Virus record (IMG/VR): IMGVR_UViG_3300047673_000554 | Span: 1-64,000 of that record | Source of the DNA: a virus | DNA length: 64,000 nucleotides | Strand: one strand, 5' to 3' | Shown here: positions 18,942-29,568 of the stretch, in pieces | How the letters are laid out: each line of letters starts with the position of its first letter | How positions within the stretch are numbered: position 1 is the stretch's first letter | Made by a program: the position numbers and the translations under genes | Notes under the pieces: generated by a model | Databases searched by the model: none | What the model saw: the letters and a program-made list of their open reading frames with translations, nothing else | What the model was told of the DNA's origin: nothing

Positions 18942-19825
18942 GTCGCCCCCGCCAGCTTCACCTCATAGCCGGTACACCATGCCGCCTGAGCCTTGCTCGG
19001 CGCCAAGTCCACCCAGCCGATCAGCTCAACCCGGGACACACCGGCGACGTGCAATTGCGCATCCACCGCCGAGCGTGCGACTTCGACACCCAAGCGCTTG
19101 CGCGGATTGATCCACTTTGCCAAGCGGTTGATGGCTTCGGCCAAACTGGCGTCCCCCTCAGGCCCGGCGCCGTTCATGTGCAAAAGGGCGTTAATGCGAT
19201 AGTCGATAATCTGCGCACCCTGCACCGTCACCCGATCGCCCAGCGGGCGCACGTCTTCATCACTCAAGCCCGCTTCGACGGTAGCCAGCAGCGCGGGACT
19301 GGCCTCGCCGCGCCCCTCGGAACTCAGCACCGTTACCGTAACGCAGCAAGGCTTCGGGCTTTCCGCCGAGGCATCCATCACCAACCCCGAGGCGTTACGG
19401 GCGTGCAGAATGTAGCTGACACGCGGCCCGGCCGTGGTCAGCCCCTCAAACGCCAACTGGATGCGCTCGCGAAACGGGTCGTCCAGCTCCTTGACCTCGG
19501 CCACCGGCGGCACCGCCGCTAGGTCCGCCGCCTGGATTACCAGGCGCTTGAGGTTGTAGTTCGCGCCCAACTGATCGAGGTCCGGGCCGATCGCGTGAGC
19601 CAGTAACAGCGCCTTGGCGGCGTCATTGACCCGGGCACGGTTACCGACCTTCTGATAGGCCCCCACCTCCAGCACCTTCACCACCGGATCGCTCTCAATT
19701 GCCGCGCTCCAGTTGTCGCCCATGTAGCCGCGAAACGTGCCCAGGGCTTCGTCATAGGTGACTTCGAAGTCCAACGGTTCCAGCACGTCCGGCGCCGGCA
19801 ACGCCGACAGATCCACGATGCTCAT
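18938..19825 (-). CDS. Baseplate protein J
   Basis: DLSALPAP, TAGP, VRPLGDRV. Confidence 0.9.
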   Translation of the reverse strand: MSIVDLSALPAPDVLEPLDFEVTYDEALGTFRGYMGDNWSAAIESDPVVKVLEVGAYQKVGNRARVNDAAKALLLAHAIGPDLDQLGANYNLKRLVIQAADLAAVPPVAEVKELDDPFRERIQLAFEGLTTAGPRVSYILHARNASGLVMDASAESPKPCCVTVTVLSSEGRGEASPALLATVEAGLSDEDVRPLGDRVTVQGAQIIDYRINALLHMNGAGPEGDASLAEAINRLAKWINPRKRLGVEVARSAVDAQLHVAGVSRVELIGWVDLAPSKAQAAWCTGYEVKLAGAT

Positions 19826-20148
19826 ACGCTCACCTCAAACAGAAAACGGTCGCCGAGGTACTCGCCGGCAATGCTCAGATTGATTTGCCCGCCCAGCACC
19901 GAGAGCGCGCGGACGCGCTCCAGCTTGACGCGCGGCTCCCACCGCCCGATCGCGCAGACCGCCTCGGCTTGCACCGAACTTTTCCAGCCTTCGTTAATCG
20001 GCATGTCGACGTACAAGGGGATCTTGCTGCCGTACTCCGGCCGCTGCCGGCGACTGCCCAGGCGCGTGCCCAAGATGTCGGCAATGGACTGCCGCACATG
20101 CTCGATGCCGGAGATGGGTTGGCCGGTGTGGCGGTCCATTCCGATCAT
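19822..20148 (-). CDS. Baseplate wedge gpW/gp25
   Basis: HVRQSIADIL...RPEYGS...RWEPR. Confidence 0.9.
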   Translation of the reverse strand: MIGMDRHTGQPISGIEHVRQSIADILGTRLGSRRQRPEYGSKIPLYVDMPINEGWKSSVQAEAVCAIGRWEPRVKLERVRALSVLGGQINLSIAGEYLGDRFLFEVSV

Positions 20149-20153
20149 CTAAC

Positions 20154-20390
20154 TCACTCCAGCGGTTCGAACTCTTGATGGGTCTTCAGGTAACGAACGG
20201 CCGGCTCGTCTGAAACAGATACTTCGACGCAGCCTCTGGCTACCGGCAACGTCCGTCCCGATTCGGGAAGGACCAAGGTGCGCGACGTGTACACCCGGTC
20301 GCGAAATTTCATCGTCAGATCCGCCGCCCGTTGCGGCTGCGGCTGCGGCTGCGGCTGCTCAATACTGAGCACATCGTTTGTCTTCGCCAT
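20154..20390 (-). CDS. Hypothetical phage protein with PQ repeat
   Basis: GGAG RBS, in operon, (CAGCCG)n repeat. Confidence 0.6.
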   Translation of the reverse strand: MAKTNDVLSIEQPQPQPQPQRAADLTMKFRDRVYTSRTLVLPESGRTLPVARGCVEVSVSDEPAVRYLKTHQEFEPLE

Positions 20391-20444
20391 GATTTCTCCA
20401 GGCATGAAAAAGCCCGCACTCGGCGGGCTTGGATGAGTTAGTGA

Positions 20445-21050
20445 TTAGTGCGAGTGATGGTTGCTGTTACCTGTGGCGTCGAGAATCGAGGCGTCACTGG
20501 TGATGTCCTGCGTGACGTGTAACGGCCCGTCGATCGCCACTGCGCCCACCAACTTGATAGCCGCTGCTTTGACCGTCGCCGAACCCGGCGTCAGCGCCAC
20601 CTCAGTGCCTCCGACCTTGGCCGTCACGGCGGCATCCGTAACGACGACCTCGGTGCTACCGACCTTGATGGTGACGGTGCCGGTGGGCAGGGTGATGGTG
20701 TAGCTCTTGGCCTGCCAGTCATAGACTAATGAACCGCCGTCGTCGAAACGCCACACCTCCACATGGTCGCGGTTATCCGGCGGCGCGCCGGCATTGCCGT
20801 ACAGCCCCGGGATAAAGGTGCCCATGCCGGCCTGACCACTGGGGTTGAACAGCACCCCCTGCTCGCCCAGGCTCGGCGCCCGCCAATGCCGCGCCTTACC
20901 CGCCGCGAGGCTGTGCCAGCGCACCCAGGCGCTTGTCCACTCGCCATTCGACACTCGCACCGCCGGCCCCGTCAGATCCACCCCGACCACCGCGCAGGGC
21001 ATCAGCATGGCCGCGATCATGCGGTCATGCTCGGCACTGGCGTAACTCAC
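20445..21050 (-). CDS. Baseplate spike gpV
   Basis: [14 protein letters not shown]-terminal HHSH. Confidence 0.88.
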   Translation of the reverse strand: MSYASAEHDRMIAAMLMPCAVVGVDLTGPAVRVSNGEWTSAWVRWHSLAAGKARHWRAPSLGEQGVLFNPSGQAGMGTFIPGLYGNAGAPPDNRDHVEVWRFDDGGSLVYDWQAKSYTITLPTGTVTIKVGSTEVVVTDAAVTAKVGGTEVALTPGSATVKAAAIKLVGAVAIDGPLHVTQDITSDASILDATGNSNHHSH

Positions 21051-21556
21051 AGATCCTCCGGATTGAAAGGCCCATCGCCCGATTCAACGTCGAATACCAG
21101 CGAGCCCGGCGGCTCATTCGGCCAGGGCCACTCCTCAACACCCAGGTAGAGTTGGTGAGTCCATTCCACTAACCAGACCACGTAGCCATCCAGCTCCGGC
21201 TTGGTCCAGTCCTGCATCGCCTGGCCAAACTCGGCGGGCTCTACCTCAAGCCCCCACGTTTGCAGTCGTAACAACACAGCCAATTGGGCTGCAAGGTACG
21301 CGGCTTGCTGCAAATGCTGTGGTCGTATCGGGTCGACAATAATCCGCGCTTCGAACTTGCAAACCAGAGTGGTTTGCCCCGTTCCAATGTCGACACCAGG
21401 TTCCATCTCAGCCAGCTCGATGAACACCGCCGGTAGTGCAATGCGATCCTTGATGTTGGGCCACGCCGTCACCGCTTGAACGCCCGGCAGATGATCCTTC
21501 AGGTTCTGTTCTATTGCCCGGTAGAGCTGGTCGAGACTAAAAGGCTCGTCAGACAT
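21047..21556 (-). CDS. Putative tail terminator/completion protein
   Basis: Position and size. Confidence 0.55.
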   Translation of the reverse strand: MSDEPFSLDQLYRAIEQNLKDHLPGVQAVTAWPNIKDRIALPAVFIELAEMEPGVDIGTGQTTLVCKFEARIIVDPIRPQHLQQAAYLAAQLAVLLRLQTWGLEVEPAEFGQAMQDWTKPELDGYVVWLVEWTHQLYLGVEEWPWPNEPPGSLVFDVESGDGPFNPEDL

Positions 21557-22214
21557 TCGCCGTCCCCTTCAAATACTTTTGCAGCTCAAAGTTGAATTCC
21601 TGCCGCAGGATTTCCAGCAGGCGCGCATCAGCGCGTTTAACCCAACTGTCGAAGTGCGGCTGGGCTTGTTCCAGTGACACCTTGGCTTTGGCCAGCGGAA
21701 AGCGATCGCCGTTTTCCGCCACCCACCCCGAACTGGGTCCACCGCCGGACGACACGGTGCTGTCGGGATAGTGATCCGCATTGAAGTGCTTGCTCGCGGT
21801 ACGAATCCAGATATCGGGTTTGTTGCCGTAGACCTTCTTGAGAAAGGCGCCCTGGTAACGCCGGCCGGCCACCGACACGCCAGTGCCAGACTGCCGTGCC
21901 CGGCCGATACGACTGGACTCGATGGCATTCAAACCGAACCACAACTTGCCACTGGTGGCCCCGCCGGAGACCGGGTAGCTGCGCAAGCGCTGACGAACCG
22001 CCGCCACGGCAATGCGTTCCTGCCGACTTACGGCCCGGGCAATGTGCGTGCGCAGCCAACCTAGCGTTTTGTTGATCGCCCGACGTTGGGCGGCGGCGGC
22101 CGCCTTGGGCACCAGCTTGGCGAAGTCCTGGAACGCTTTCAGGTCCGCCATCGAGGACTGGATGGAAATCATCCCACCACCGGCCGAGGGCTTGAAGTGA
22201 CTGCCGACACTCAT
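21549..22214 (-). CDS. Minor tail / neck protein (gpZ-like)
   Basis: RRAINKT basic motif, position. Confidence 0.6.
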   Translation of the reverse strand: MSVGSHFKPSAGGGMISIQSSMADLKAFQDFAKLVPKAAAAAQRRAINKTLGWLRTHIARAVSRQERIAVAAVRQRLRSYPVSGGATSGKLWFGLNAIESSRIGRARQSGTGVSVAGRRYQGAFLKKVYGNKPDIWIRTASKHFNADHYPDSTVSSGGGPSSGWVAENGDRFPLAKAKVSLEQAQPHFDSWVKRADARLLEILRQEFNFELQKYLKGTANV

Positions 22215-22531
22215 GGGCGCATCCTCAGAATCAAGGCGACCAGACCGTCACCGCTCGGCTCCAGCTGCAACAGGTCGTAATCGCCACCGCCATCCAGCGC
22301 GGGCAGATCGATGCTGACCAGCATGCCCTGCTCCATGCCGTGCGAATCGCTGACGCGGATCTCGAACCGCGGCTCACGCAAACCGGTGTTCAGCTTGCCG
22401 AACTTGGGCTGCAACCACGGAGCGGCGAACATACCCAACACCGGTTCTTCGCGACCCTCGATCCGTGCGGTATCGCCCAGCGTTTCGAACACCACTGCGT
22501 CCACCTCGGCAATTAGATCGCGAAAGCTCAT
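22211..22531 (-). CDS. Head-tail joining protein
   Basis: Directly after capsid, ~106 aa. Confidence 0.6.
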   Translation of the reverse strand: MSFRDLIAEVDAVVFETLGDTARIEGREEPVLGMFAAPWLQPKFGKLNTGLREPRFEIRVSDSHGMEQGMLVSIDLPALDGGGDYDLLQLEPSGDGLVALILRMRP

Positions 22532-22533
22532 GG

Positions 22534-23529
22534 TCAGAGCTCCAGCAGGATCTGGGCGCGCGGCCGGGTGCACAAGTGCAGCGGGTTGGACTGGGCTTCG
22601 CCGGCCATGCCCTTGCCGAACTGCATCGGCTCAATCTTGCTGTAATACGGAATGCCTTGGGTGTTAACCGTTTCCATGTAGTCAGCCGGTGCGAACACTG
22701 AGATGTACAGATCAGGAACACCTTCAGGAACCAGCAGCGCCTTATCGTCGTGGACGAAAGAGACGCCCGCAACTTTGCCACGGTAGCGCTCCCAGATGAT
22801 GCCGCCGAACTCGAAGCTTTCCCGGGCATCACCACGCAACGCCGCTGCCTGTTGGCTGTTGAGGTAAGTCTCTTTGACCGAATCGTGAACGATCAGACTG
22901 TTCCAGAAATGCTTGCCGCAGAACGCGCGGGAACCCGTGCTGGTGACGGCACCGAGTGCGTCCTCCTGCATGTCCAGCGCTTCGACACATTGAACACGCA
23001 GCTCGGTGTTGGGGTCCGTCAGGCCCATGGAGAGCTTCTGACGCTCCACACCGAAACGATCATAGAGGTTCAACAGCACCGTCGAACCGTCGGCATCAAG
23101 GATCACGCCATTGAGTGCGCCCATGCGCTGAAACTCGTGGGTTGCGTCCAACTGGCGGCGCGCTTTGGCCAGGCGGGCATTGACCACATCTTGCACGGCC
23201 TGCAACTCGGTGCGGGTACCGAAGGCGCGAATGCCCTGGATCTCGTCGGCCTTGATGGTGAAGCGTTCCGGCAGGTGCACGGTGTTGAAGGGAATCAGGT
23301 TGCGCTTGCTGGCGGCGACCACCAGACCAGAGCCACCGCGCTCACCGGCCGGCACCAGCGCCAGGGTGTCGCCGTCCTTTTCGATCTGTACGGTCAGGGT
23401 GTTGATCCCTTCCTCGCGAAACAGGCCCAGGGCGCTGATACGGCCCGGCAGGTAGGGTTGATCGTTGAGTGCAGCAGTCAGCGCGGTAACGGTAAACGCT
23501 TCGTCGTCAAAAATGGCGATCTCGGCCAT
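22534..23529 (-). CDS. Major capsid protein (lambda gpE family)
   Basis: DEIQGIRAFG, EAQSNPL. Confidence 0.88.
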   Translation of the reverse strand: MAEIAIFDDEAFTVTALTAALNDQPYLPGRISALGLFREEGINTLTVQIEKDGDTLALVPAGERGGSGLVVAASKRNLIPFNTVHLPERFTIKADEIQGIRAFGTRTELQAVQDVVNARLAKARRQLDATHEFQRMGALNGVILDADGSTVLLNLYDRFGVERQKLSMGLTDPNTELRVQCVEALDMQEDALGAVTSTGSRAFCGKHFWNSLIVHDSVKETYLNSQQAAALRGDARESFEFGGIIWERYRGKVAGVSFVHDDKALLVPEGVPDLYISVFAPADYMETVNTQGIPYYSKIEPMQFGKGMAGEAQSNPLHLCTRPRAQILLEL

Positions 23530-23591
23530 GGGTACTCTCCAGAAATTGAAAAGCCCGCTCAAGGCGGGCTGGGTAAACGTGACTAAAGGTC

Positions 23592-23936
23592 CTAGCGGAC
23601 GATCAGGAAATGGGCGGCCAGGTCTTTCTCGGCCTCAGGGTCCAGTCCGGTCAGGTGTACTTCGCTGACCTCCGCCAGTCGCACCACGGCGCGCCCCCGG
23701 CGCACGATGTCCGACGCCCCCAGTGGCCCGAAGAGAATCGCCACAGCAGTCTGGGTGCCGTCTTCAGCGGTCGGGTGGTACGGCGCGAATTCACGCGTCG
23801 CGGTCACCAGCCCCAGGACTTGCCCTGGGTACAGCGCTGGACCTGCCGCAACGTTGATCGATTCCCGCGAAATGTTCCCCGCCCCTTCAGACAGAAGAAA
23901 CTCACCCGCGTGGATCGGCTCTTTTTTGATGGTCAT
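23592..23936 (-). CDS. Head decoration protein
   Basis: GQVLG...DGTQTAVAIL. Confidence 0.8.
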   Translation of the reverse strand: MTIKKEPIHAGEFLLSEGAGNISRESINVAAGPALYPGQVLGLVTATREFAPYHPTAEDGTQTAVAILFGPLGASDIVRRGRAVVRLAEVSEVHLTGLDPEAEKDLAAHFLIVR

Positions 23937-25093
23937 GGTCTTGCTCCTTTCGCGCCGCGCGCAGTTCCAGATTGGGCCGCTTGACGCGAAGCCCAGATCG
24001 AGGTGGGATCAGGTTGTTTGGCCAGCACCTTGGGGGCTGGGTCGTCATCCAGCGGCAGACTGTTATCGATTTCGAAGCCCTTGCCGCTGGTGACAATTTT
24101 GTCGAACAGACGCGCCCGAACTGCTGCAGCATCCAACCCCGCCGCAACGTATTCAGCGCTGAACTCCGGTAAACGAGCCGCCACGCAGAGATCATTCACG
24201 GCCTTGGCACGTGCCAACCCGGCCAAGACGATCTCTTCGCTTTCGAGCTGGGTCGAACTGAGCAACGGCTCGACCAGATTGGAGATGCCCGCCGCCGTGC
24301 AGCGCTGGGAGATCATCAGTGCCAACTTGGCCGAATCGACCACCGGCGGCACCAATGGCGGATCGACCGGATCCAGCTCCAGATCCGGATCCGCTTCCGG
24401 TGGCTCGTCGAGCTGGGCCAACAACTCAGCCGGCGTATGCTGGTAACGCTGCAACACACCACCTTGGCCAAGGCAGGCATTGACCTTAATGCCGTCGCCG
24501 ACTTCATCGGCCAAGCCCAAGGCCACGGCCTCATTCGCGGTGAGCCAGGTTTCAGCGGCAACCAGCCGTCGCAGTTCGACCTCATCGATTTCCGGCGCCT
24601 TCGCTTTGTAGGCTGCGATGATCGCCTCCATCGTCTGGTCGAGCGCATCGGCCACCTTGCGGAAGTCTTCGGCATCCCCGGTGGCGTAGGTCCAGGGGTT
24701 GTGAATCATCAACATGGCATTGGCCGCAATCACAACCTTATGCGCGCCGCACACCGCCACGCTGGCGGCACTGGCGGCCAGCGCATCAACACGACCGGTG
24801 CAACGCTCAGCCAGACGCGACAACGCGTTGTGCATAGCCAGCCCGTCGAACAAATCGCCGCCGATGCTGTTGAACGCCGCGATCACCGGCGATACACCGT
24901 CATCCATGGCCCGCAGGTCTTGCACGAACTGATTGGCCGTAATGCCCCAGGTACCGATCTCGCCATAGACAAAGACCTCAATCACCCGCTCGGCAGCTTC
25001 GCCGCTGGCCTGCACGGCATACCAGGTTTTGTCCTGAACCGGCACACGCTGGCCGGCGCGGTTGTAAATGCGCGGTCGCGCTTTTTTGCTCAT
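23933..25093 (-). CDS. ClpP-like prohead protease/scaffold
   Basis: NSIGGD, AASAAS, MIHNP, ETWLTA. Confidence 0.9.
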   Translation of the reverse strand: MSKKARPRIYNRAGQRVPVQDKTWYAVQASGEAAERVIEVFVYGEIGTWGITANQFVQDLRAMDDGVSPVIAAFNSIGGDLFDGLAMHNALSRLAERCTGRVDALAASAASVAVCGAHKVVIAANAMLMIHNPWTYATGDAEDFRKVADALDQTMEAIIAAYKAKAPEIDEVELRRLVAAETWLTANEAVALGLADEVGDGIKVNACLGQGGVLQRYQHTPAELLAQLDEPPEADPDLELDPVDPPLVPPVVDSAKLALMISQRCTAAGISNLVEPLLSSTQLESEEIVLAGLARAKAVNDLCVAARLPEFSAEYVAAGLDAAAVRARLFDKIVTSGKGFEIDNSLPLDDDPAPKVLAKQPDPTSIWASRQAAQSGTARGAKGARP

Positions 25094-26571
25094 GGTTGCT
25101 CCTTGTCGTCGTTGGTGTCGACGGCATCCAGGGTGTTGTAGTTGAGGCCCAGTTTCGTGGCCCGTGCCAGATCGGCGGCGTTTTCCTGATCGACCGTTTC
25201 AGCGTCGTAGCCGGTGCGCAGAACCATCTCGCTGCGTGAGGCAAAGCCGGCCTGCACTTCCATCCGCCGGGCTTGCACGTCCTGCACCGGCTGGATGTAG
25301 GCCCAACCTTGCGGCACCCAGCGGGTACGCAAGTAGTCGCGGCGTTTCTGCGCGTAATCGCCCAGCACCAGGACACCCGACAACACGGCCATGTCCATCC
25401 AGGCCGCCCGCACTGGGCGGCAGAGCTGGTGGACGTAAACGCCGAATTGCAGTTGTTCCAGGCGGCGCCGAAACTCGTTGAGCACCACTCGCAGCGCTCG
25501 GTCGTTGATGCCGCGCATGTCGCCGGTGAGGATCTCGTAAGGCGTGCCGGACCCCGCCGCTGCAGCCATCAGTTGCTGCCGCATGAAGTCTGGGTAGTTG
25601 TTGCCCGCGTCCGGTGGCTTGGAGAACTCCACCTCTTCGCCAGGACCCAACTCCTGCATGGTGCCGGGTTCAAGGGCGACCATCGGTGTGAAGCCATCAC
25701 GATCCAGATTCAACGGAGCGCCTGTCACCGGATCTCTGGGTACAGGCCCAGACTCCGGCGTCGGTCGCTTGATAAAGCCGGCAAACAGGTTGGCCACTTC
25801 CTGGCGAAACAACACGGCGTCGTCGTAGTTGTCGAGACTGCGCAGACGCTTGAGCACCGGCGACAATCGCGGCACGCCGCGCAGTTGACCGGGCTCCACC
25901 GGTTCAAAGATGTGCAGCACCTGCGACGCCGGAACCCGCACCAGTTGGTTGTAGCCAGCGTTCAGCGACGCCGCATCGCGCGGATGCGACAAGTACATCC
26001 AGTAAGCCACGCGCTTGCCGCCGGGGTTGAACTCGATCCCGGCGCGGATGGTGTTGCCGGTTTTAGTGCTCTCATACTTGTCGTGCGGGACAAACTCCGG
26101 CGCCAGAATCTGCAACTGCAGCGGAACCGCCAATCCCTCGTCCAGGCTGCGCGGTCGCAACCGCACAAAGCACTCGCCCGAGGTTTCAACCGTGCGCGCC
26201 ACCAGGCCCTGCTGGCCGTAGAAGTCAGTGCGATCATCCGCATCCGACTCATCGACCCAATCGCCCCACAGTTCCTGCAGCAACTTGCGTAAAGCATCGT
26301 CTTCAGTGGTGGGTCGCGGGGTGATGCCCGTGCCGATCAAGTTGCTGACGCGTTTGTCGATCACGTTGAAGGCATACGGGTCATTGCGAACGGCTGCCCG
26401 AGAGCGCGAACGCAGGTTGCGCAATGCCGGGGTGTTGATGCTGTTGATCCCGTTGTCGGGAGCATCCCAACCAGTGGAGCGCCGGCCCTCCCCGGCGCCT
26501 TCGTAACTGGCCTTGATGTTCGACGGCAACACGAATCCGTTACGGGTCAGAGTCGGAAAGTGTCGGGCCAT
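25090..26571 (-). CDS. Portal protein, lambda family
   Basis: LRSRSRAAVRND, PGQLRGVP. Confidence 0.92.
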   Translation of the reverse strand: MARHFPTLTRNGFVLPSNIKASYEGAGEGRRSTGWDAPDNGINSINTPALRNLRSRSRAAVRNDPYAFNVIDKRVSNLIGTGITPRPTTEDDALRKLLQELWGDWVDESDADDRTDFYGQQGLVARTVETSGECFVRLRPRSLDEGLAVPLQLQILAPEFVPHDKYESTKTGNTIRAGIEFNPGGKRVAYWMYLSHPRDAASLNAGYNQLVRVPASQVLHIFEPVEPGQLRGVPRLSPVLKRLRSLDNYDDAVLFRQEVANLFAGFIKRPTPESGPVPRDPVTGAPLNLDRDGFTPMVALEPGTMQELGPGEEVEFSKPPDAGNNYPDFMRQQLMAAAAGSGTPYEILTGDMRGINDRALRVVLNEFRRRLEQLQFGVYVHQLCRPVRAAWMDMAVLSGVLVLGDYAQKRRDYLRTRWVPQGWAYIQPVQDVQARRMEVQAGFASRSEMVLRTGYDAETVDQENAADLARATKLGLNYNTLDAVDTNDDKEQP

Positions 26572-26778
26572 TTAGAGTCCTTTGCCCCCGTGGTAAAGCC
26601 GAACCGCACGCGAACGCGGTCCGGCAGCGTTGACCAGCGACGAACGAATCTCTTCGCGTGCTCTAAGCAGTTCGTCGACGGTGCGGTACTCCACGGTACG
26701 GTCGGTGTAACGCACGGTTTTCTCACCGCGAGCGATGGCCGCCTCAACCGCGTCGAGGTGCTTCTGGGTAAATGACAT
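26572..26778 (-). CDS. gpW-like head-tail joining protein
   Basis: 68 aa between terminase and portal. Confidence 0.75.
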   Translation of the reverse strand: MSFTQKHLDAVEAAIARGEKTVRYTDRTVEYRTVDELLRAREEIRSSLVNAAGPRSRAVRLYHGGKGL

Positions 26779-26779
26779 A

Positions 26780-28795
26780 TCAGCGTCTCTTCAGGTAACC
26801 GCTGGTGGAACTGCGGCGTTGAGGTGGTGTTGCTGCGGGGCGCGTTTGCACGACTGCAACAGCGGGTGGTGACGCCGGTTGCCGAGTCGATGTTTCTGGA
26901 TCAGAACTATCGACCCGTTCGCCTTGAACGGGCTTGATGCCCAGGGCTTCGTCAAACAGTCCGGACTGCGCCAGGGACTGACGCACGCGCTCCCAGTCGT
27001 GTTCCTTGTAGCGATTCAGGCCCAGGTAATGCGCCATGGCCAGGCAATACACCATCAGGTCGAGCGCTTCGTTGCGCTCGGCTTTGCCCTTCACCCATTC
27101 GATGCGCTTGTGACCGCGCACGTAGCGCGCAACTTTTCGCTCTGCGACGCACTGATCGAAGAAGTCATCCGGCAGGTCATTGGCAAAGTGCAACGCGCCC
27201 GGTCCGGATTCGAACGGGTAGCGGTTGTAGATCCAGTCCTTTGCCGTGTCCGTACCGACGAACCACAGCTCGGCACCATTGCGTTCGGTCTGGCCTCTCC
27301 AGGTCACGTCGACCATCGATGGGCGTTGAGCAATGACCGGCTTGCCGGGTTTGCTCGCGCCTTTGATGGCGAACACGTTGCGCCAGCGACGAACACGGCA
27401 GAACTGATAAACCTCATCGGTGTGGTGACCGCCGGAGTCGACGGCCACCGCGAGAATGCCCAAACCAACACCGCACGGATGGCGGTATTTGGCCTTGAGC
27501 AATTCATCCAGCGCCGCCCAGGTGCGCTCGTCGGCGGGAGCGCCCGAGACTACTTGGAAATCAACGATCCAGCGCTCCATGCCGGCACCCCAGCCCATGG
27601 CCATGAATTCCAGCCGGTTGGCTTGAACATCGACGGCCCCAGTGATCATCAACACTGCCGCCGGCATTGAGCCGAGGGTGTAACCTTCCAACCGCGCCCG
27701 CTGCCTGAGCACGTCCGCTTTGGTCTGCTCTTGCGCCGCGTCCCAAACCTTCGCCAGACGGGTGTTATAGAACACCTGCATGGGCTCAAGGTCGCCTTTG
27801 GCCTGGGCCTTTTTGGCCTTCTCGAATTGCTTAGCCAGTGACTTCCAGTCCATCCACCCTAGCGGCGAATACAGCGCGTTGAGGTGGAAGCCCACCGTCT
27901 CGCCGTCACCTTCGGCGTGAGCGCGCCATTCGCCGTTGGCGAGCATTTCGCCCTTGTGGTACTCCTCGATCAGCACATCACAGTCAGGTCCAGCGCACTG
28001 GTAATGCACCACGCTGAAGTCCGGCGAGTAGTGCAGCCGCTCCCACTCAAGGATTTGCATGTGCCCACACGTCGGGCATGGCACGTAGTAGTGACGCTGG
28101 TCGCTGCCATCGAACAGGTCGGAGATTCGCGAGGCGCCCTTGATCGTCGGCGAGCTGGAGAAGTAGAACTTGGCGTTGCGGCCAAAGGTACTGCCCCTGG
28201 TTTCTGCCAGCTCGATAGGGTCACCCTCCTCGCCGATGTCCACCTCCCAGCGGTCGATCTCGTCGCCGTACACGTAGCGCGCTGACAGCTCCGACAAGTT
28301 GGCGGCCGAGCCGGCGGTGGTCACGTACAACGTACCGCCCTCGAACTCTTTGGTGTCCATGGTGTTGCGCGAATCTCGCGAGCGGTTGGCCGCCACACGT
28401 TCGCGCAACACCGGCGTCGCCTTGATCGTTTTGCCGATCCGCGAGGACACCCGTTTTGCCAATCCCAGACTGGGCAGCAGCGCCAGGATATTCGATGGCG
28501 CCATGTGCATCAGGCCGCCGATCCAGTTCAGACCAATCTGAGTTTTCATCAACTGCGACGCGACCATGGTGATCACGCGCTTGCAGGGGTGAGCCGGCGA
28601 CAGGCAACGCATGGGCTCGCGGGCATACGGCGTACGCGAGGTGCGGTACTGGCCCGGCTCAGCGGCGCCGGTATCACGCGGGATACGCATGTACTCGTCA
28701 GCCCACTGATCGATCCAGACATCCGGGTCAGGCCGTAGCCCACGGAAGTACGCCTCGCGGTACACCTCTGCACCGTCAGGAAATCCGGTGGGCAT
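26780..28795 (-). CDS. Terminase large subunit (gpA family)
   Basis: ASQLMKT, DEID, SSPT, AVDSGG, NEALD. Confidence 0.93.
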   Translation of the reverse strand: MPTGFPDGAEVYREAYFRGLRPDPDVWIDQWADEYMRIPRDTGAAEPGQYRTSRTPYAREPMRCLSPAHPCKRVITMVASQLMKTQIGLNWIGGLMHMAPSNILALLPSLGLAKRVSSRIGKTIKATPVLRERVAANRSRDSRNTMDTKEFEGGTLYVTTAGSAANLSELSARYVYGDEIDRWEVDIGEEGDPIELAETRGSTFGRNAKFYFSSSPTIKGASRISDLFDGSDQRHYYVPCPTCGHMQILEWERLHYSPDFSVVHYQCAGPDCDVLIEEYHKGEMLANGEWRAHAEGDGETVGFHLNALYSPLGWMDWKSLAKQFEKAKKAQAKGDLEPMQVFYNTRLAKVWDAAQEQTKADVLRQRARLEGYTLGSMPAAVLMITGAVDVQANRLEFMAMGWGAGMERWIVDFQVVSGAPADERTWAALDELLKAKYRHPCGVGLGILAVAVDSGGHHTDEVYQFCRVRRWRNVFAIKGASKPGKPVIAQRPSMVDVTWRGQTERNGAELWFVGTDTAKDWIYNRYPFESGPGALHFANDLPDDFFDQCVAERKVARYVRGHKRIEWVKGKAERNEALDLMVYCLAMAHYLGLNRYKEHDWERVRQSLAQSGLFDEALGIKPVQGERVDSSDPETSTRQPASPPAVAVVQTRPAATPPQRRSSTSGYLKRR

Positions 28796-28799
28796 GGGC

Positions 28800-29402
28800 T
28801 TAACTCGTGGTCAGTGCGTGTTCAAGGTCCGCTGAAGACATCCGTTCGGCGTCTTCCAGCGAGCGGCGGATCGCCGCCGTGAGGTGCTTTTCGATTTCCC
28901 AAGGGTCGGTCATCGATGCCAGTTCAGGAGCCAGTTGCGGCGGCATCCCCAGCAGTTGATCGCGCAGCATGCGACCGGCGTTGTAAGCACCGGTTTGAAC
29001 TGCCGACAGAACTACCAGCGAGCCCTTGGCTTTGTGCAACTCGATCTCGGCGAGCTGGGCCAGGTTGTGCTCGCGCAATGCGCGGGCTTTCTGGAAATCG
29101 GGGAGCTGTCCCGCAGGGGTGATCGCGAGCGGCGGCGCAGCCGTTGAAGTCGGCTCGACCTGGCTGGATAGCTGACTGTAAACGTCACGCTGAAGCCGAT
29201 CTTGGTGGTGGCGGTCAGCGACAGCAGTCTTGCTGGGGTCAGCGGTGTCGCGAATCAATGCTTCGCTCGCCGTGACATCGACCTGTTTACCGTCGGCGGT
29301 CAACACCAGGCGGTTGTTGTTTTTCAACCAGGTGATGTAGCTGGGCGCCCTGCCGATCCGAGCCGCGAAGGCGCTCTTTGACAGGTACATTGGTTCTGTC
29401 AT
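28800..29402 (-). CDS. Terminase small subunit
   Basis: N-terminal wHTH-like SKSAFAARIG, upstream of gpA. Confidence 0.75.
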   Translation of the reverse strand: MTEPMYLSKSAFAARIGRAPSYITWLKNNNRLVLTADGKQVDVTASEALIRDTADPSKTAVADRHHQDRLQRDVYSQLSSQVEPTSTAAPPLAITPAGQLPDFQKARALREHNLAQLAEIELHKAKGSLVVLSAVQTGAYNAGRMLRDQLLGMPPQLAPELASMTDPWEIEKHLTAAIRRSLEDAERMSSADLEHALTTS

Positions 29403-29492
29403 AAGCCCTCCTTTTCAACGGCTTTTCAATGGAACCTTTCGATTTCAATGGATTGAATTTCAGTAAGCTGGCAACCCTGCCGCTAACAACTT

Positions 29493-29538
29493 CCCGCGGG
29501 TTTCCGACCCCGTACCCGCGGGATAACCCCAGGGTCCC
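29493..29538 (-). other. Lambda-like cos site (cosQ-cosN)
   Basis: Minus strand GGGACCCT...TACG GGGTCGGAAACC CGCGGG versus lambda GGGTCCT...TTACG GGGCGGCGACCT CGCGGG. Confidence 0.7.
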
Positions 29539-29568
29539 CGGCAGTTTTCGACGCCCCAAATCGGTGCA

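Noticed and set aside
20332-20358. (CAGCCG)n microsatellite
   Set aside because: In-frame hexamer encoding a PQ linker; no phase-variation effect expected.
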